Positions 1 through 8,735 are shown, counted from the stretch's first letter. The stretch: 34,294 nucleotides of DNA from an uncultured Oscillospiraceae bacterium (GCA_964623915.1 CAZUVQ010000004.1:1-34294); one strand, 5' to 3'. Notes: generated by a model not told the origin, from the sequence alone. Numbers and translations: made by a program.

Positions 1-1
1 T

Positions 2-388
2 TTCGCAAATATGGACGGAAATCTTTATGGGGCTGATAATGAGGGTAATATATTTATGCTTTGGGATGCTTTTTCAGAGGAAGAGCCTGTATTTGAATGG
101 CGCACAAATGTATATGAGACAGATGCTGCATCAAAGATGAATCTCAATAGATTGCATATTTTATGTGATATTAAAGGGGGCGGATACATAAATGCCGCTA
201 TTGTAAATGATATTGGTGAGGAAAGTGAGGAAACAATAGCATTTGCCTCTTGCCAAAAAACAGGAAGGCAGCACTTACGGCTTAATCTTCATCCGAGGTT
301 TTTTCATGGGCGAAACACTTATAAAGTGATAATATCAGGGCAAAAGGCAACGGTACACTCTATTTGCAGTGAGGGCAGAAGCATTTAA
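2..388 (+). CDS. Prophage structural protein, C-terminal fragment (family not recognised)
   Basis: The reading frame is open from the window edge with no stop before the ATG at 11. It lies directly upstream of the RBS-led phage late genes. Confidence 0.5.
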   Translation, partial: FANMDGNLYGADNEGNIFMLWDAFSEEEPVFEWRTNVYETDAASKMNLNRLHILCDIKGGGYINAAIVNDIGEESEETIAFASCQKTGRQHLRLNLHPRFFHGRNTYKVIISGQKATVHSICSEGRSI

Positions 389-409
389 TAAACAGATTAA
401 GGAGGGTGT

Positions 410-1033
410 ATGGCAGATATATTTATTGAAAACACAGGGACTTGCGATGATTTGGAAACAGCCTTGATAAGGCTTAAAAAAACATTGACAGTAATTCTTT
501 CTTCGCTTGATTCCAAAAACATAAAAAAAATCACAACGGACAAAACCGAAATATCGTCAGAGGACGGCAAAACAACCATTGACGGAACAAGAATAATTAT
601 GAAGGATTCTATGGATAACACAAGGCTTGAAATGGGGGCGGAAGGTGAGAGCTTTGTGTTCAGACTGAAAAACAAATACGGAAAAGACTCTGTTACATTG
701 TCTGATACGGGCGATGCAAGGTTTTGCGGTGATATTGAAACAGAAAAAAACGCTTCGGTGGGAAATAATTTGTACCTTGGCAAAACAAATAATCAGAGCG
801 GAACTAAAATGCTGCAATTTTACGAGGATGAAGAGGATGATGCAAAAAAAGCAAAAATAATGGCAATAAAAGGTAGTAATGGCATTGTTTCTTTAAGAAT
901 TGTAGCAGATAATATAGTTTTATCAACACTTGACGGTGTAAGTGACGCTTTAGGAAACCGCTTTATTTCATCAAGTGAAAGGGATGCTTATGTCACAGTA
1001 AACGGTGTGGATTTTCCGGTAAAATTCAGATGA
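410..1033 (+). CDS. Prophage tail/host-recognition module protein, unknown function (207 aa)
   Basis: RBS AAGGAGGG lies just upstream of ATG 410. The protein looks beta-rich and has an acidic stretch (EDEEDD). Position is upstream of the lysis cassette. No family recognised by eye. Confidence 0.6.
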   Translation: MADIFIENTGTCDDLETALIRLKKTLTVILSSLDSKNIKKITTDKTEISSEDGKTTIDGTRIIMKDSMDNTRLEMGAEGESFVFRLKNKYGKDSVTLSDTGDARFCGDIETEKNASVGNNLYLGKTNNQSGTKMLQFYEDEEDDAKKAKIMAIKGSNGIVSLRIVADNIVLSTLDGVSDALGNRFISSSERDAYVTVNGVDFPVKFR

Positions 1034-1045
1034 AAGGAGAACAAG

Positions 1046-2128
1046 ATGCAAGTTTCAGTTCGTGATACATTAGAAAATTTAGGGTTTGATGTAGGATACG
1101 ACAACAACACAGGCGGTGTTTTAGTAAAGGATAAAAATGGTAAGGGTATAAATATCGGAAACGAAAAATTTACACTTTCTGATGACGGCAGATATTATAC
1201 AGATGATGTCAAAAACGTATATAACGCGCTTGCAAAAAACAACCTTTCTATCGGCAAAGGGTGGCAGGGGGCAAGAAATTATCTTTCTCCTACGGAACAA
1301 GTGGGTTATAACGACTCTACTAAACAAGTTTCAATAAACGGAAAAGATTATAATGTTGACAACAAAAGCCTTGCAAATATCGGTGGTATTGTCTATGGGA
1401 AAACAGATTTTCTGGATTCGTTAAAATCACAAAAATCCGAAAATGGTTATGATAAGTTTGAAGAAAAAGTAATAAAGTTGCTCTTTAACTCGTCTTATGA
1501 TGGGTGGGATGCAAAAAATGATGCTTCATACAAGAGTGCCATGAAGGACTATATGAAAAATGCGGCGGCAGATATGGGCTCAAGGGGCATACTTTCCGAT
1601 TCCCTTTTATCTCATTACGCTTCACAGGGCGCGCAAAAGCTTGCTCCTGCATTCGCAAAAGATGATTACGAAAGATATAAAGATGAAAGACAGGCGGATT
1701 TATCGCTTCTTGACAAATTAGATAGTATTAAAAAAACAGATACAAATGCTTTTTTAGCACAGCAAAATGTTGAAAAAGAGAAAGGAGAGCTTGCTCTTTC
1801 AAAAGAGAAAGCCGACGTAAACAATTATTATACTCGTGTTAAAACGGCAATAGAAAGGGCTAATACGCTTGGCTCAGTTTCAAAGGAGGACGCTTATATT
1901 TTAGGCGCCCTAGAAGGTGAACTAACGGATGAGGCAAAAGCAAGGCTGCAGGAAAAAGAATTTGAAATTGAAAAGTATAAAACAAAAGCCGAGATAGATT
2001 TTAATTATTGGCAATCTGAATTTAACCTCACAAAAGAAGAAGCTATTGAGGCTTACAAAATTAAATCAGAGCTTAACATTAATGAAGAAAAAGCAGCCGC
2101 TTATTACAAGTTTATTTATGGAAAGTAG
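1046..2128 (+). CDS. Prophage protein, putative tail-fibre/assembly-like (360 aa)
   Basis: RBS AAAGGAG. The N-terminus (RDTLENLGFDVGYDNNTGGVLV) resembles the copper-amine-oxidase-N/stalk-type motif of clostridial wall proteins. The C-terminal half is Lys/Glu-rich and coiled-coil-like. Confidence 0.55.
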   Translation: MQVSVRDTLENLGFDVGYDNNTGGVLVKDKNGKGINIGNEKFTLSDDGRYYTDDVKNVYNALAKNNLSIGKGWQGARNYLSPTEQVGYNDSTKQVSINGKDYNVDNKSLANIGGIVYGKTDFLDSLKSQKSENGYDKFEEKVIKLLFNSSYDGWDAKNDASYKSAMKDYMKNAAADMGSRGILSDSLLSHYASQGAQKLAPAFAKDDYERYKDERQADLSLLDKLDSIKKTDTNAFLAQQNVEKEKGELALSKEKADVNNYYTRVKTAIERANTLGSVSKEDAYILGALEGELTDEAKARLQEKEFEIEKYKTKAEIDFNYWQSEFNLTKEEAIEAYKIKSELNINEEKAAAYYKFIYGK

Positions 2129-2140
2129 GGAGGAGTTTTA

Positions 2141-2503
2141 ATGGCACAGATAAATACTGTTTCCGGTAACGTAATGTGTTTTGCCGGTAGTAAAATCACT
2201 TCATCAGGGGGAGAAACATTTTCAATATCAAATCGGAAAGTGGTTTCAAGTGGGGATGTGATTATACTGGAGGATAACACGGAATACAAACTGACAGATG
2301 TAACAAGGCTTGATGTTTACTATCCCCCTTTTGATGATTTTGAAGTATGGATGCGCATTGATACTGCCGTAGAGGGGGATATTGTAATAACTTTTCCTTC
2401 ACCGTTCTTTCTTGGCCCAAAGCCGGTTTTTGGAAATGGACAGACATGGGAGATATCAATAAAAAACGGCATTATAGCAGCAGCACAGGTGGTGAGAATG
2501 TAA
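2141..2503 (+). CDS. Prophage hypothetical protein (120 aa)
   Basis: RBS GGGAGGAG upstream of the ATG. The stop overlaps the next start (TAATG). Confidence 0.55.
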   Translation: MAQINTVSGNVMCFAGSKITSSGGETFSISNRKVVSSGDVIILEDNTEYKLTDVTRLDVYYPPFDDFEVWMRIDTAVEGDIVITFPSPFFLGPKPVFGNGQTWEISIKNGIIAAAQVVRM

Positions 2504-3285
2504 TGCAGTTATGGCAGAGAAGAAGGGCTATATTATCACGTGGCATTAGGAATAAGATAACCTTAAAAGGCAATTCAACACTTTCAAAGGTTCCTTCTTT
2601 TACAGATCCGGCAACCATTACCGGTGTCGGGGAGTATGAAGAAGGAATGGGCTATAAAATAATAGTTACACAGGGTAATGATACAGCAGTTTACCATACA
2701 CCAAAGGCTTTATACAGCGTTTTTGACATTGCCGGTAATACCGCTTATTATGATTATATAGAAATCACAGAAAACACTGTCAGGCTTTATCCTGTGATTA
2801 CTTGCTTCACATTCACAAATATGGGAACATCTGTGGGGGGCTTGCATAATGATTCTTTAGGCGTAAGCTTTTATCATCCAACAGAAATGCTTGCGGCAGG
2901 CTTATTTGAGATAGAAAATAATGCGGCATTGTGTACTAATTTTTCCTATTTGGAAACACAGAGTATTATAAAATTTAATACAGACAAAGCAGGTTATTCG
3001 GTTGATTCTCATATTACATTTGCATTGAAATTTGCTGATTTAGGTCTTGACAGCAACAATTCAATAAAGATATTGAAGGTAGCAGCCGATAATTTACTTA
3101 AAAACTATGCGGCAGAGGGGAAACCAATGACAGTATATGTGGCAAAATCCTCAAATGTTGAGTACAACGATTTAACAGAAACAGAGTTCGGACGAAAATG
3201 TATGCTTTTTGCCAAGCGCACTAATGGAGCAGATATTAACAGCAATGCACCCGTATCAATAAAAGAAATTAAGTTTTTGAAATAA
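2503..3285 (+). CDS. Prophage hypothetical protein, possible receptor-binding/tail-fibre protein (260 aa)
   Basis: ATG 2503 overlaps the upstream TAA and follows GGTGAG. The track start at 2446 lies inside the upstream gene, so I do not use it. It is the last large ORF before the lysis genes. Confidence 0.55.
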   Translation: MQLWQRRRAILSRGIRNKITLKGNSTLSKVPSFTDPATITGVGEYEEGMGYKIIVTQGNDTAVYHTPKALYSVFDIAGNTAYYDYIEITENTVRLYPVITCFTFTNMGTSVGGLHNDSLGVSFYHPTEMLAAGLFEIENNAALCTNFSYLETQSIIKFNTDKAGYSVDSHITFALKFADLGLDSNNSIKILKVAADNLLKNYAAEGKPMTVYVAKSSNVEYNDLTETEFGRKCMLFAKRTNGADINSNAPVSIKEIKFLK

Positions 3286-3300
3286 CGGAGGTGGGTAAAA

Positions 3301-3480
3301 TTGAGTTTAAGCTTTGATGTGGTTATTTATCTTTTAGGGCTTGCATGTACGGCAGGGATTATGGTAGGGAGAATAACATCGCTTGAAAAAAAGGTTGACA
3401 AGCATAACAGCTTAATAGACAGAATGTACAAGGTGGAAAATACACTTATAAACCTTGAGAACAAAATAACAGGCAAATGA
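3301..3480 (+). CDS. Small phage membrane/coiled-coil protein (59 aa), lysis-cassette accessory; below the ORF-track size cutoff
   Basis: TTG start with RBS GGAGGTGGG a few nt upstream. My translation is LSLSFDVVIYLLGLACTAGIMVGRITSLEKKVDKHNSLIDRMYKVENTLINLENKITGK. That gives one N-terminal TM helix plus heptad-like C-terminus. It lies immediately upstream of the holin. Confidence 0.5.
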   Translation: MSLSFDVVIYLLGLACTAGIMVGRITSLEKKVDKHNSLIDRMYKVENTLINLENKITGK

Positions 3481-3548
3481 TTGGGATAAATTAAACGAAA
3501 ATGAATATATTGTAATATTAATAGTTTATCAGAGGAGGTTAGTAGTTT

Positions 3549-3743
3549 ATGGTAAATAAGTTTTTATCAAGAAAATTTCTTATTGCTTTGTCCGGAATTA
3601 TTTCTGGAATTGTATTACTTGTTAACGGAGAAATTGCAGCAGGAACATCATCAATAATTGCGGCTGTTGTATCTTATCTTGTAGCTGAAGGAATTATAGA
3701 TGCGGCGGCTGTTAAAAAACTACTGGAGGAAGAAAATGGTTGA
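3549..3743 (+). CDS. Phage holin (64 aa, two TM helices, charged C-terminus)
   Basis: RBS GAGGAGG. Two hydrophobic helices (FLIALSGIISGIVLLV and SSIIAAVVSYLVAEGII) and a KKLLEEENG tail. The gene overlaps the endolysin start by 8 nt. Confidence 0.65.
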   Translation: MVNKFLSRKFLIALSGIISGIVLLVNGEIAAGTSSIIAAVVSYLVAEGIIDAAAVKKLLEEENG

Positions 3744-4416
3744 AAGAGTTTTTGCCGAAGCTGAAAAATGGGTGGGTTACCTCGAAAAAGCAACGGATTA
3801 CAAGCTATCAAGTTTAACTGCAAATGCTGGGTCAAACAACTATACATATTTTTCCCAGTGGTATGAAAAAATGGGCTACGGAAAATATCAGGCACAACCA
3901 TGGTGTGCAATTTTTGTAAGCTATGTTTTCGGTAACAGCGTAAATAACAGCGAGAAGGTCATGCCTCATTTTCATTATTGTCCAACAGGTGTAAATCAGT
4001 TTAAAGCAATGCAAAGCTTTTATACTAATACACCGAAAAAGGGTGACGTAATCTTTTTTAAAAATTCCAAGGGACTTGCTGTTCATACAGGAATTGTCTA
4101 CAATGTTGATTCCTCAAAGGTTTATACTATCGAGGGCAACACTTCATCAGCAGATGGTGTTGTGGCAAACGGCGGTTGTGTTAAAAAGAAAAGCTATGCT
4201 ATTTCTTTTGCAAATATACTCGGCTATGGCAGACCGCTTTATAATCTTGCCGGCAACAAATACAGCTATGATACAACTGTGGACAACCTCGTAGCTGACG
4301 GAATTATTACAACAGAAAACATGGCATACTGGGAAAAGGTTTTAGATGGCAGAGAAACTGTAAACAGAGGATATTTAAGAACTCTGCTGGACAGATACCA
4401 TGCAAAAGTAAAATAA
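3736..4416 (+). CDS. Phage endolysin: N-terminal CHAP (Cys/His peptidase-amidase) domain plus short C-terminal wall-binding-like motif
   Basis: ATG 3736 follows GGAGGAAG. The track start at 3700 has no RBS and lies inside the holin. Catalytic-type motifs are QPWCAIFVSY (Cys), LAVHTGIVY (His) and TIEGNTS. The C-terminus LVADGIITTENMAYWEKVL resembles the Amidase02_C type motif. Confidence 0.75.
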   Translation: MVERVFAEAEKWVGYLEKATDYKLSSLTANAGSNNYTYFSQWYEKMGYGKYQAQPWCAIFVSYVFGNSVNNSEKVMPHFHYCPTGVNQFKAMQSFYTNTPKKGDVIFFKNSKGLAVHTGIVYNVDSSKVYTIEGNTSSADGVVANGGCVKKKSYAISFANILGYGRPLYNLAGNKYSYDTTVDNLVADGIITTENMAYWEKVLDGRETVNRGYLRTLLDRYHAKVK

Positions 4417-4428
4417 AAGTTGTTGTTA

Positions 4429-4457
4429 AAAAACCCCATGTTTTGTGGGGTTTTTTT
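4429..4457 (+). terminator. Rho-independent terminator closing the prophage lysis cassette
   Basis: AAAACCCCA-tgttttg-TGGGGTTTTTTT hairpin with a T-tract. Confidence 0.8.
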
Positions 4458-4520
4458 GTTGAATAATATTTATTTACGAAAAGGGGTAGCAGTATTTAAA
4501 GTTGACAATAAAATAAACAA

Positions 4521-4549
4521 TTGACAGCTATTAATATTTTATATATAAT
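4521..4549 (+). promoter_or_regulatory. Consensus sigma-A promoter for tcdA
   Basis: TTGACA (4521-4526), 17-nt spacer, TATAAT (4544-4549). A second TTGACA lies at 4502-4507. Confidence 0.6.
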
Positions 4550-4574
4550 TAAAAAAAATATTAGGAGAGCTGCT

Positions 4575-5297
4575 ATGCAAAATCAATTTTTAAGAACAGA
4601 ATTAATTTTCGGCAAAGATGGAATGGAAAAGCTTTATTCTTCAAGAGTAGCGGTTTTCGGGATAGGGGGGGTCGGCGGTATAACCGTCGAAGCACTTGCA
4701 AGAAGTGGTGTTGGTACTCTTGATATAATAGACAATGATTATATATCTATATCAAACATTAATCGCCAGATATATGCAACCCACAAAACTGTCGGAGAAT
4801 ATAAGGTTGATGTAGCAAAAGAGAGAATACTCGATATTAACCCAAAATGCGAGGTAAATACTTTTAAGGTTTTCTACAGTCCGCAAACTGCTTCACTTTT
4901 TGATTTTTCTGTATATGATTATGTGGTCGATGCCATTGATACAGTTACGGGAAAAATTGAGATTGTTTTGCAGTCAGACAAAGCGAAGGTTCCCGTTATC
5001 AGCTCTATGGGGGCAGGAAATAAGGTTAATGCATGGGCATTGGAAGTTTCTGATATTTATTACACATCTGTTTGTCCGCTTGCTAAGGTAATGCGTAAAG
5101 AGCTTCGCACGCGCGGGGTAGAAAGCCTTAAGGTTGTTTATTCCAAAGAACCTGCAATTAAACCTTATCCTTACGATATAGAAGATGAAAATATCAGTTC
5201 AAACAGACGGCAGGTTCCGGGAAGCAATGCTTTTGTTCCACCTGCTGCAGGCCTTATCATAGCAGGAGAAGTAATAAAAGATATTATTGGTTATTAG
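4575..5297 (+). CDS. tcdA: tRNA threonylcarbamoyladenosine dehydratase (ThiF/E1-like, TcdA/CsdL family)
   Basis: GIGGVGG Rossmann motif, NINRQ motif, and overall TcdA-like length and sequence. ATG 4575 follows AGGAGAG. The track start at 4521 lies within the promoter. Confidence 0.8.
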   Translation: MQNQFLRTELIFGKDGMEKLYSSRVAVFGIGGVGGITVEALARSGVGTLDIIDNDYISISNINRQIYATHKTVGEYKVDVAKERILDINPKCEVNTFKVFYSPQTASLFDFSVYDYVVDAIDTVTGKIEIVLQSDKAKVPVISSMGAGNKVNAWALEVSDIYYTSVCPLAKVMRKELRTRGVESLKVVYSKEPAIKPYPYDIEDENISSNRRQVPGSNAFVPPAAGLIIAGEVIKDIIGY

Positions 5298-5303
5298 TTT
5301 ATT

Positions 5304-5333
5304 CCTCCCTTAAAAGATAAGGGGGTTTTTTTT
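5304..5333 (+). terminator. Rho-independent terminator after tcdA
   Basis: CCTCCCTTA-aaaga-TAAGGGGG stem (one G-U pair) followed by T8. Confidence 0.7.
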
Positions 5334-5354
5334 GGAAAAATATTCAAAAAAGGC

Positions 5355-5383
5355 TTGTAATTTTTAATAATTAGTATTATAAT
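5355..5383 (+). promoter_or_regulatory. Sigma-A promoter of the perR operon
   Basis: TTGTAA (5355-5360), 17-nt spacer, TATAAT (5378-5383). Confidence 0.55.
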
Positions 5384-5387
5384 ATAT

Positions 5388-5402
5388 TTATAATCATTAT
5401 AA
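5388..5402 (+). promoter_or_regulatory. Per box (PerR/Fur-family 7-1-7 operator)
   Basis: TTATAATCATTATAA is an exact match to the TTATAATNATTATAA inverted repeat. It starts 5 nt downstream of the -10 hexamer, so it covers the expected transcription start. Confidence 0.7.
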
Positions 5403-5457
5403 AAATTTAACGTTTATAATATAATAATAATTTTAAATATTAAAAGAGGGTACTAAA

Positions 5458-5883
5458 TTGTATAAAGATTTATCTGGAGGTTTACTAAAAAAAGGAATAA
5501 GGCCTCTGAGTTACAGGATAAAAGTTCTTGAATATCTCAGCTTAAACAGGAATCATCCAACGGTTGACCAAATATATAAGGATTTGAAAGAGGAATTGCC
5601 TGCGGTATCAAAAGCAACAATTTATAATACTCTTAATTTATTTGAAGAACATGAAATGGTTAAAATAATTTTAATTGACAACAAAGAAAAAAGATATGAT
5701 TATACATTAGAAAATCACGGTCATTTTATGTGCGAATCCTGCGGTGGAATTAGTGACTTTAATATAAACATTGATGGTTTGCATATAAGTGAACTCTCTG
5801 ATTTTGTTGTTGAAACAAAGGATGTTTATTACAAGGGCTTCTGTCCGAACTGTCTTAGCAGGTTTAAAAAAATTAAAATATAA
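5458..5883 (+). CDS. perR: Fur-family peroxide-responsive repressor (PerR-like)
   Basis: TTG start with an AGAGGG RBS. Winged-helix N-terminus, HGH motif and two CxxC pairs (CESCGG, CPNC). The PerR assignment (rather than Fur or Zur) rests on the Per box and the downstream dfx-rd-ftn genes. Confidence 0.75.
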   Translation: MYKDLSGGLLKKGIRPLSYRIKVLEYLSLNRNHPTVDQIYKDLKEELPAVSKATIYNTLNLFEEHEMVKIILIDNKEKRYDYTLENHGHFMCESCGGISDFNINIDGLHISELSDFVVETKDVYYKGFCPNCLSRFKKIKI

Positions 5884-5908
5884 AAATTTTTAAAGGAGAA
5901 TGAAATCT

Positions 5909-6298
5909 ATGAAGAGAGAAGAACAAAAATTTTACATCTGTAAGCATTGTGGAAATATCGTAGGGCTAATTAACAATGCAGGAGTTCCATTGGTATGCTG
6001 TGGAGAAGAAATGACAGAGCTTGTACCAAATACCACGGACGCAGCGACCGAAAAGCATGTACCAGTTATTACTGTTGATGGCAACCGTGTAGTTGTAGAT
6101 ATCGGTTCAGCTCCACATCCTATGATTGATGAGCATTATATCGTTTGGGTTTATATTCAGACGAAAAATGGCGGACAGCGCAAAGAGCTTTCACCTCAAA
6201 ATAAACCTTATGCAGAGTTTTTGTTAACTGACGATGATGAAATTATGAGTGCTTTTGCGTATTGTAATCTTCATGGTCTTTGGAAATCAAGTATATAA
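5909..6298 (+). CDS. dfx: Desulfoferrodoxin (2Fe superoxide reductase)
   Basis: N-terminal desulforedoxin motif CKHCGN...CCG. Centre II residues EKHVP, HPM..EH and CNLHG. ATG 5909 is correctly spaced from AAAGGAG, whereas the track ATG at 5900 abuts the RBS. Confidence 0.85.
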   Translation: MKREEQKFYICKHCGNIVGLINNAGVPLVCCGEEMTELVPNTTDAATEKHVPVITVDGNRVVVDIGSAPHPMIDEHYIVWVYIQTKNGGQRKELSPQNKPYAEFLLTDDDEIMSAFAYCNLHGLWKSSI

Positions 6299-6325
6299 AT
6301 TAATATAATAAGGAGAATAATAATT

Positions 6326-6484
6326 ATGAAAAAATATGTTTGCACTATTTGCGGCTATATTTATGATGAAGCAGAAGGCGATCCCGAAAACAATGTTGCA
6401 GCAGGAACAAAATGGGAAGATGTACCTGAGGATTGGGTTTGCCCTTTGTGCGGTGCAGGAAAATCAGATTTTGAAGAACAATAA
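6326..6484 (+). CDS. rd: Rubredoxin (52 aa); below the ORF-track size cutoff
   Basis: My translation is [52 protein letters not shown]. It has the canonical CxxCG...CPxCG motifs. RBS AAGGAGA upstream. Confidence 0.9.
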   Translation: MKKYVCTICGYIYDEAEGDPENNVAAGTKWEDVPEDWVCPLCGAGKSDFEEQ

Positions 6485-6531
6485 TAATTTTTCAAAACTT
6501 TGGTTTAATAAGCTACGAAAGGTGTGATAAC

Positions 6532-7047
6532 TTGTTAAATGCACAAATAACTAAACTATTAAATGAGCAAATCAACAAAGAATTATATTCTGCATATCTT
6601 TATATGGATATGGCTGATTATTATGCAGATCAGGGCTTGAATGGTTTTGAAAACTGGTTTTTTATTCAGACACAGGAAGAACGTGACCATGCAATGCTTT
6701 TAAGGCAGTATATATTAAACAATGGAGAATCTGTTGTGTTATCTGAAATTGCAGCACCGAAAGATGAGTATACTGATTTTAAAATGCCATTGGTAAAGGC
6801 ATATGAGCATGAACAGTATGTTACCACTTCAATAAACAAGATATATGAACAGGCACAAAAAGTAAACGATTTCAGAACAATGCAGTTTCTTGACTGGTTT
6901 GTGAAAGAACAAGGTGAAGAAGAGAAAAATGCCGATGACAATATCAAAAAATACGATTTGTTTGCAGGTGATTCAAAAGGCTTGTACATGCTTGATAGTG
7001 AGATGAAAGCAAGGATATATGCCGCTCCGTCTCTTGTTTTAGATTAA
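6532..7047 (+). CDS. ftnA: Non-haem bacterial ferritin
   Basis: TTG start. LNEQINKELYSAYLYMDMA, QEERDHA and EQGEEE are ferroxidase-centre motifs typical of Ftn. Confidence 0.85.
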   Translation: MLNAQITKLLNEQINKELYSAYLYMDMADYYADQGLNGFENWFFIQTQEERDHAMLLRQYILNNGESVVLSEIAAPKDEYTDFKMPLVKAYEHEQYVTTSINKIYEQAQKVNDFRTMQFLDWFVKEQGEEEKNADDNIKKYDLFAGDSKGLYMLDSEMKARIYAAPSLVLD

Positions 7048-7062
7048 GTATTATGGTTCTTT

Positions 7063-7107
7063 GGGGCTGTGACAAATCGGTGCATTTTGTCACAGCCCCT
7101 TCTTTTA
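7063..7107 (+). terminator. Rho-independent terminator after ferritin
   Basis: GGGGCTGTGACAAA-tcggtgcat-TTTGTCACAGCCCC, a 14-bp perfect stem followed by a T-rich tail. Confidence 0.8.
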
Positions 7108-7133
7108 AGCTATGACTCACAGGAGGTCAATAA

Positions 7134-7982
7134 ATGAACAACGTTGTTTTTGCTTTTATGCTTACCTTATTTGCAGGTCTTTCAACAGGCATTGGAAGCT
7201 TAATAGCTTTTTTTTCTAAAAAAAGTAATACAAAGTTTTTGTCTATAAGTCTTGGTTTTTCTGCAGGCGTGATGATTTATGTTTCCATGATTGAAATATT
7301 CGCCAAAGCACAAGCAAGCCTTATTTTAGAACTTGGAAAAACAAGGGGCTCTTGGATGACGGTTATTGCTTTTTTTGGAGGAATATTTGTAATAGGCATA
7401 ATTGATAAACTGATTCCATCTTCTGAAAATCCACATGAGCTTCATTCAGTTGAGGAAATGAGGGATGACCATCCTGATAACAACCACCATGTTTTACAGA
7501 TAAACAAACGCAAAGAAGCTATTAAAAACAAAAAACTTCTTAGAATGGGTTTATTTACTGCTCTTGCAATTTCCATACACAATTTCCCTGAAGGGCTTGC
7601 CACATTTATAGCGGCTTTAAGACAACCTCAGATTGCCGTACCCATTGCAATAGCAATAGCTATACACAATATACCCGAAGGTATAGCTGTATCGGTGCCT
7701 ATATACTATGCAACAGGAAGTAAGAAAAAAGCTTTTTTATATTCCTTTTTATCAGGTTTGTCTGAACCTGTTGGTGCATTGTTGGGATATTTGATTTTAA
7801 TGCCATTCATTAATGATGTATTAATGGGAATCATATTTGCTTTTGTTTCAGGTATAATGGTATTTATATCTCTTGATGAATTGCTACCTTCCGCAAGAGA
7901 GTACGGAGAGCACCATTTGTCTATTTACGGGCTAGTTTCGGGTATGATGGTAATGGCTTTGAGCTTACTGTTGTTTTCATAA
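7134..7982 (+). CDS. zupT: ZIP-family zinc/divalent-metal transporter ZupT
   Basis: RBS AGGAGG. Multi-TM protein with a His-rich loop (HPDNNHH) and duplicated HNFPEG / HNIPEG motifs. Confidence 0.85.
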   Translation: MNNVVFAFMLTLFAGLSTGIGSLIAFFSKKSNTKFLSISLGFSAGVMIYVSMIEIFAKAQASLILELGKTRGSWMTVIAFFGGIFVIGIIDKLIPSSENPHELHSVEEMRDDHPDNNHHVLQINKRKEAIKNKKLLRMGLFTALAISIHNFPEGLATFIAALRQPQIAVPIAIAIAIHNIPEGIAVSVPIYYATGSKKKAFLYSFLSGLSEPVGALLGYLILMPFINDVLMGIIFAFVSGIMVFISLDELLPSAREYGEHHLSIYGLVSGMMVMALSLLLFS

Positions 7983-8041
7983 ATATTAAAACTAATATAT
8001 TATTTAAAAAATTTTATAATAACATTTTGGAGGTTTTTAAC

Positions 8042-8704
8042 ATGACAAAATATCGTTGTGGAGTATGTGGATACATACACGAAGGGGAATTATCAGAAGA
8101 TTTTAAATGTCCGAGATGCAAACAAAATGCATCCGTATTTGTAAGGATTGAAGAAAAAACAAACAACAACAATCCTTATGCAGGCACAAAAACGGAGAAA
8201 AACTTAGCAGAAGCCTTTGCAGGAGAAAGCCAGGCAAGAAATAAATACACTTATTTTGCAAATATTGCCAAAAGGGAAGGATATGAACAGCTTGCAGAAA
8301 TTTTCTTAAAAACGGCAAGAAATGAACAGGAGCATGCACGTGTATGGTTTGAGGAGCTCGGCAATTTAGGTTCTACGGCCGAAAATTTATTACATGCTTC
8401 CGAAGGCGAAAACTATGAATGGACAGATATGTATGACCGTTTTGCAAAAGATGCAGAGAATGAAGGATTTTCAGAGCTTGCTGAGAGATTTCGCAGAGTT
8501 GCCGCCATTGAAAAATCACATGAAGAGCGTTATCGTGCTTTGCTTAAAAATGTAGAAATGCAGCAGGTGTTTGAAAAAGGCGAGAAAACTATGTGGGAGT
8601 GCCGTGTATGCGGTCACCTTGTAATGGGTAATAAAGCTCCCTTAGTATGCCCTGTATGTAAGTTTTCACAGAGTTTCTTTGAGGTGAGAGCAGAAAACTA
8701 TTAA
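8042..8704 (+). CDS. rbr: Rubrerythrin with an extra N-terminal rubredoxin-like Cys4 domain and the canonical C-terminal rubredoxin-like domain
   Basis: ATG 8042 follows GGAGG. N-terminal CGVCG...CPRC; di-iron four-helix motifs ([27 protein letters not shown]); C-terminal CRVCG...CPVC. Confidence 0.85.
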   Translation: MTKYRCGVCGYIHEGELSEDFKCPRCKQNASVFVRIEEKTNNNNPYAGTKTEKNLAEAFAGESQARNKYTYFANIAKREGYEQLAEIFLKTARNEQEHARVWFEELGNLGSTAENLLHASEGENYEWTDMYDRFAKDAENEGFSELAERFRRVAAIEKSHEERYRALLKNVEMQQVFEKGEKTMWECRVCGHLVMGNKAPLVCPVCKFSQSFFEVRAENY

Positions 8705-8735
8705 GCTGGTGAGTAATTGCGAAAGGGTAAGTACT

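Larger units (their letters stand above)
1..4458 (+). mobile_element. Right-hand (late structural + lysis) end of a tailed prophage or phage-like element; continues upstream of the window
   Basis: Tightly packed same-strand ORFs with strong RBSs and TAATG-type couplings. The array ends in a holin + CHAP endolysin cassette and a strong terminator, then switches to housekeeping tcdA. No integrase or att site is visible in the window. Confidence 0.7.

Noticed and set aside
397-817. Two minus-strand ORFs (128 and 86 aa) opposite the 207-aa phage gene
   Set aside because: The plus-strand gene has a strong RBS and fits the co-directional phage late-gene array. The minus-strand ORFs lack starts with RBSs.
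4076-5091. Same-strand alternative-frame ORFs (4076-4294 inside the endolysin, 4900-5091 inside tcdA; also 19350-19592 inside the kinase and 30473-30661 inside groEL)
   Set aside because: They are embedded out of frame in genes with clear family motifs. They have no RBS and no recognisable features.
6336-6527. Track ORF of 63 aa ([13 protein letters not shown]...)
   Set aside because: It is an out-of-frame shadow of the true rubredoxin gene (6326-6484), which has a proper RBS and canonical CxxCG motifs. The 63-aa frame has no RBS and no recognisable features.
7983-8041. Search for a second Per box upstream of rubrerythrin (TTATAATAACATTTT)
   Set aside because: Only the left half-site matches and the right half is unrelated. 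A -10-like TATAAT (8015-8020) has no credible -35. This is not enough to call an operator or promoter.
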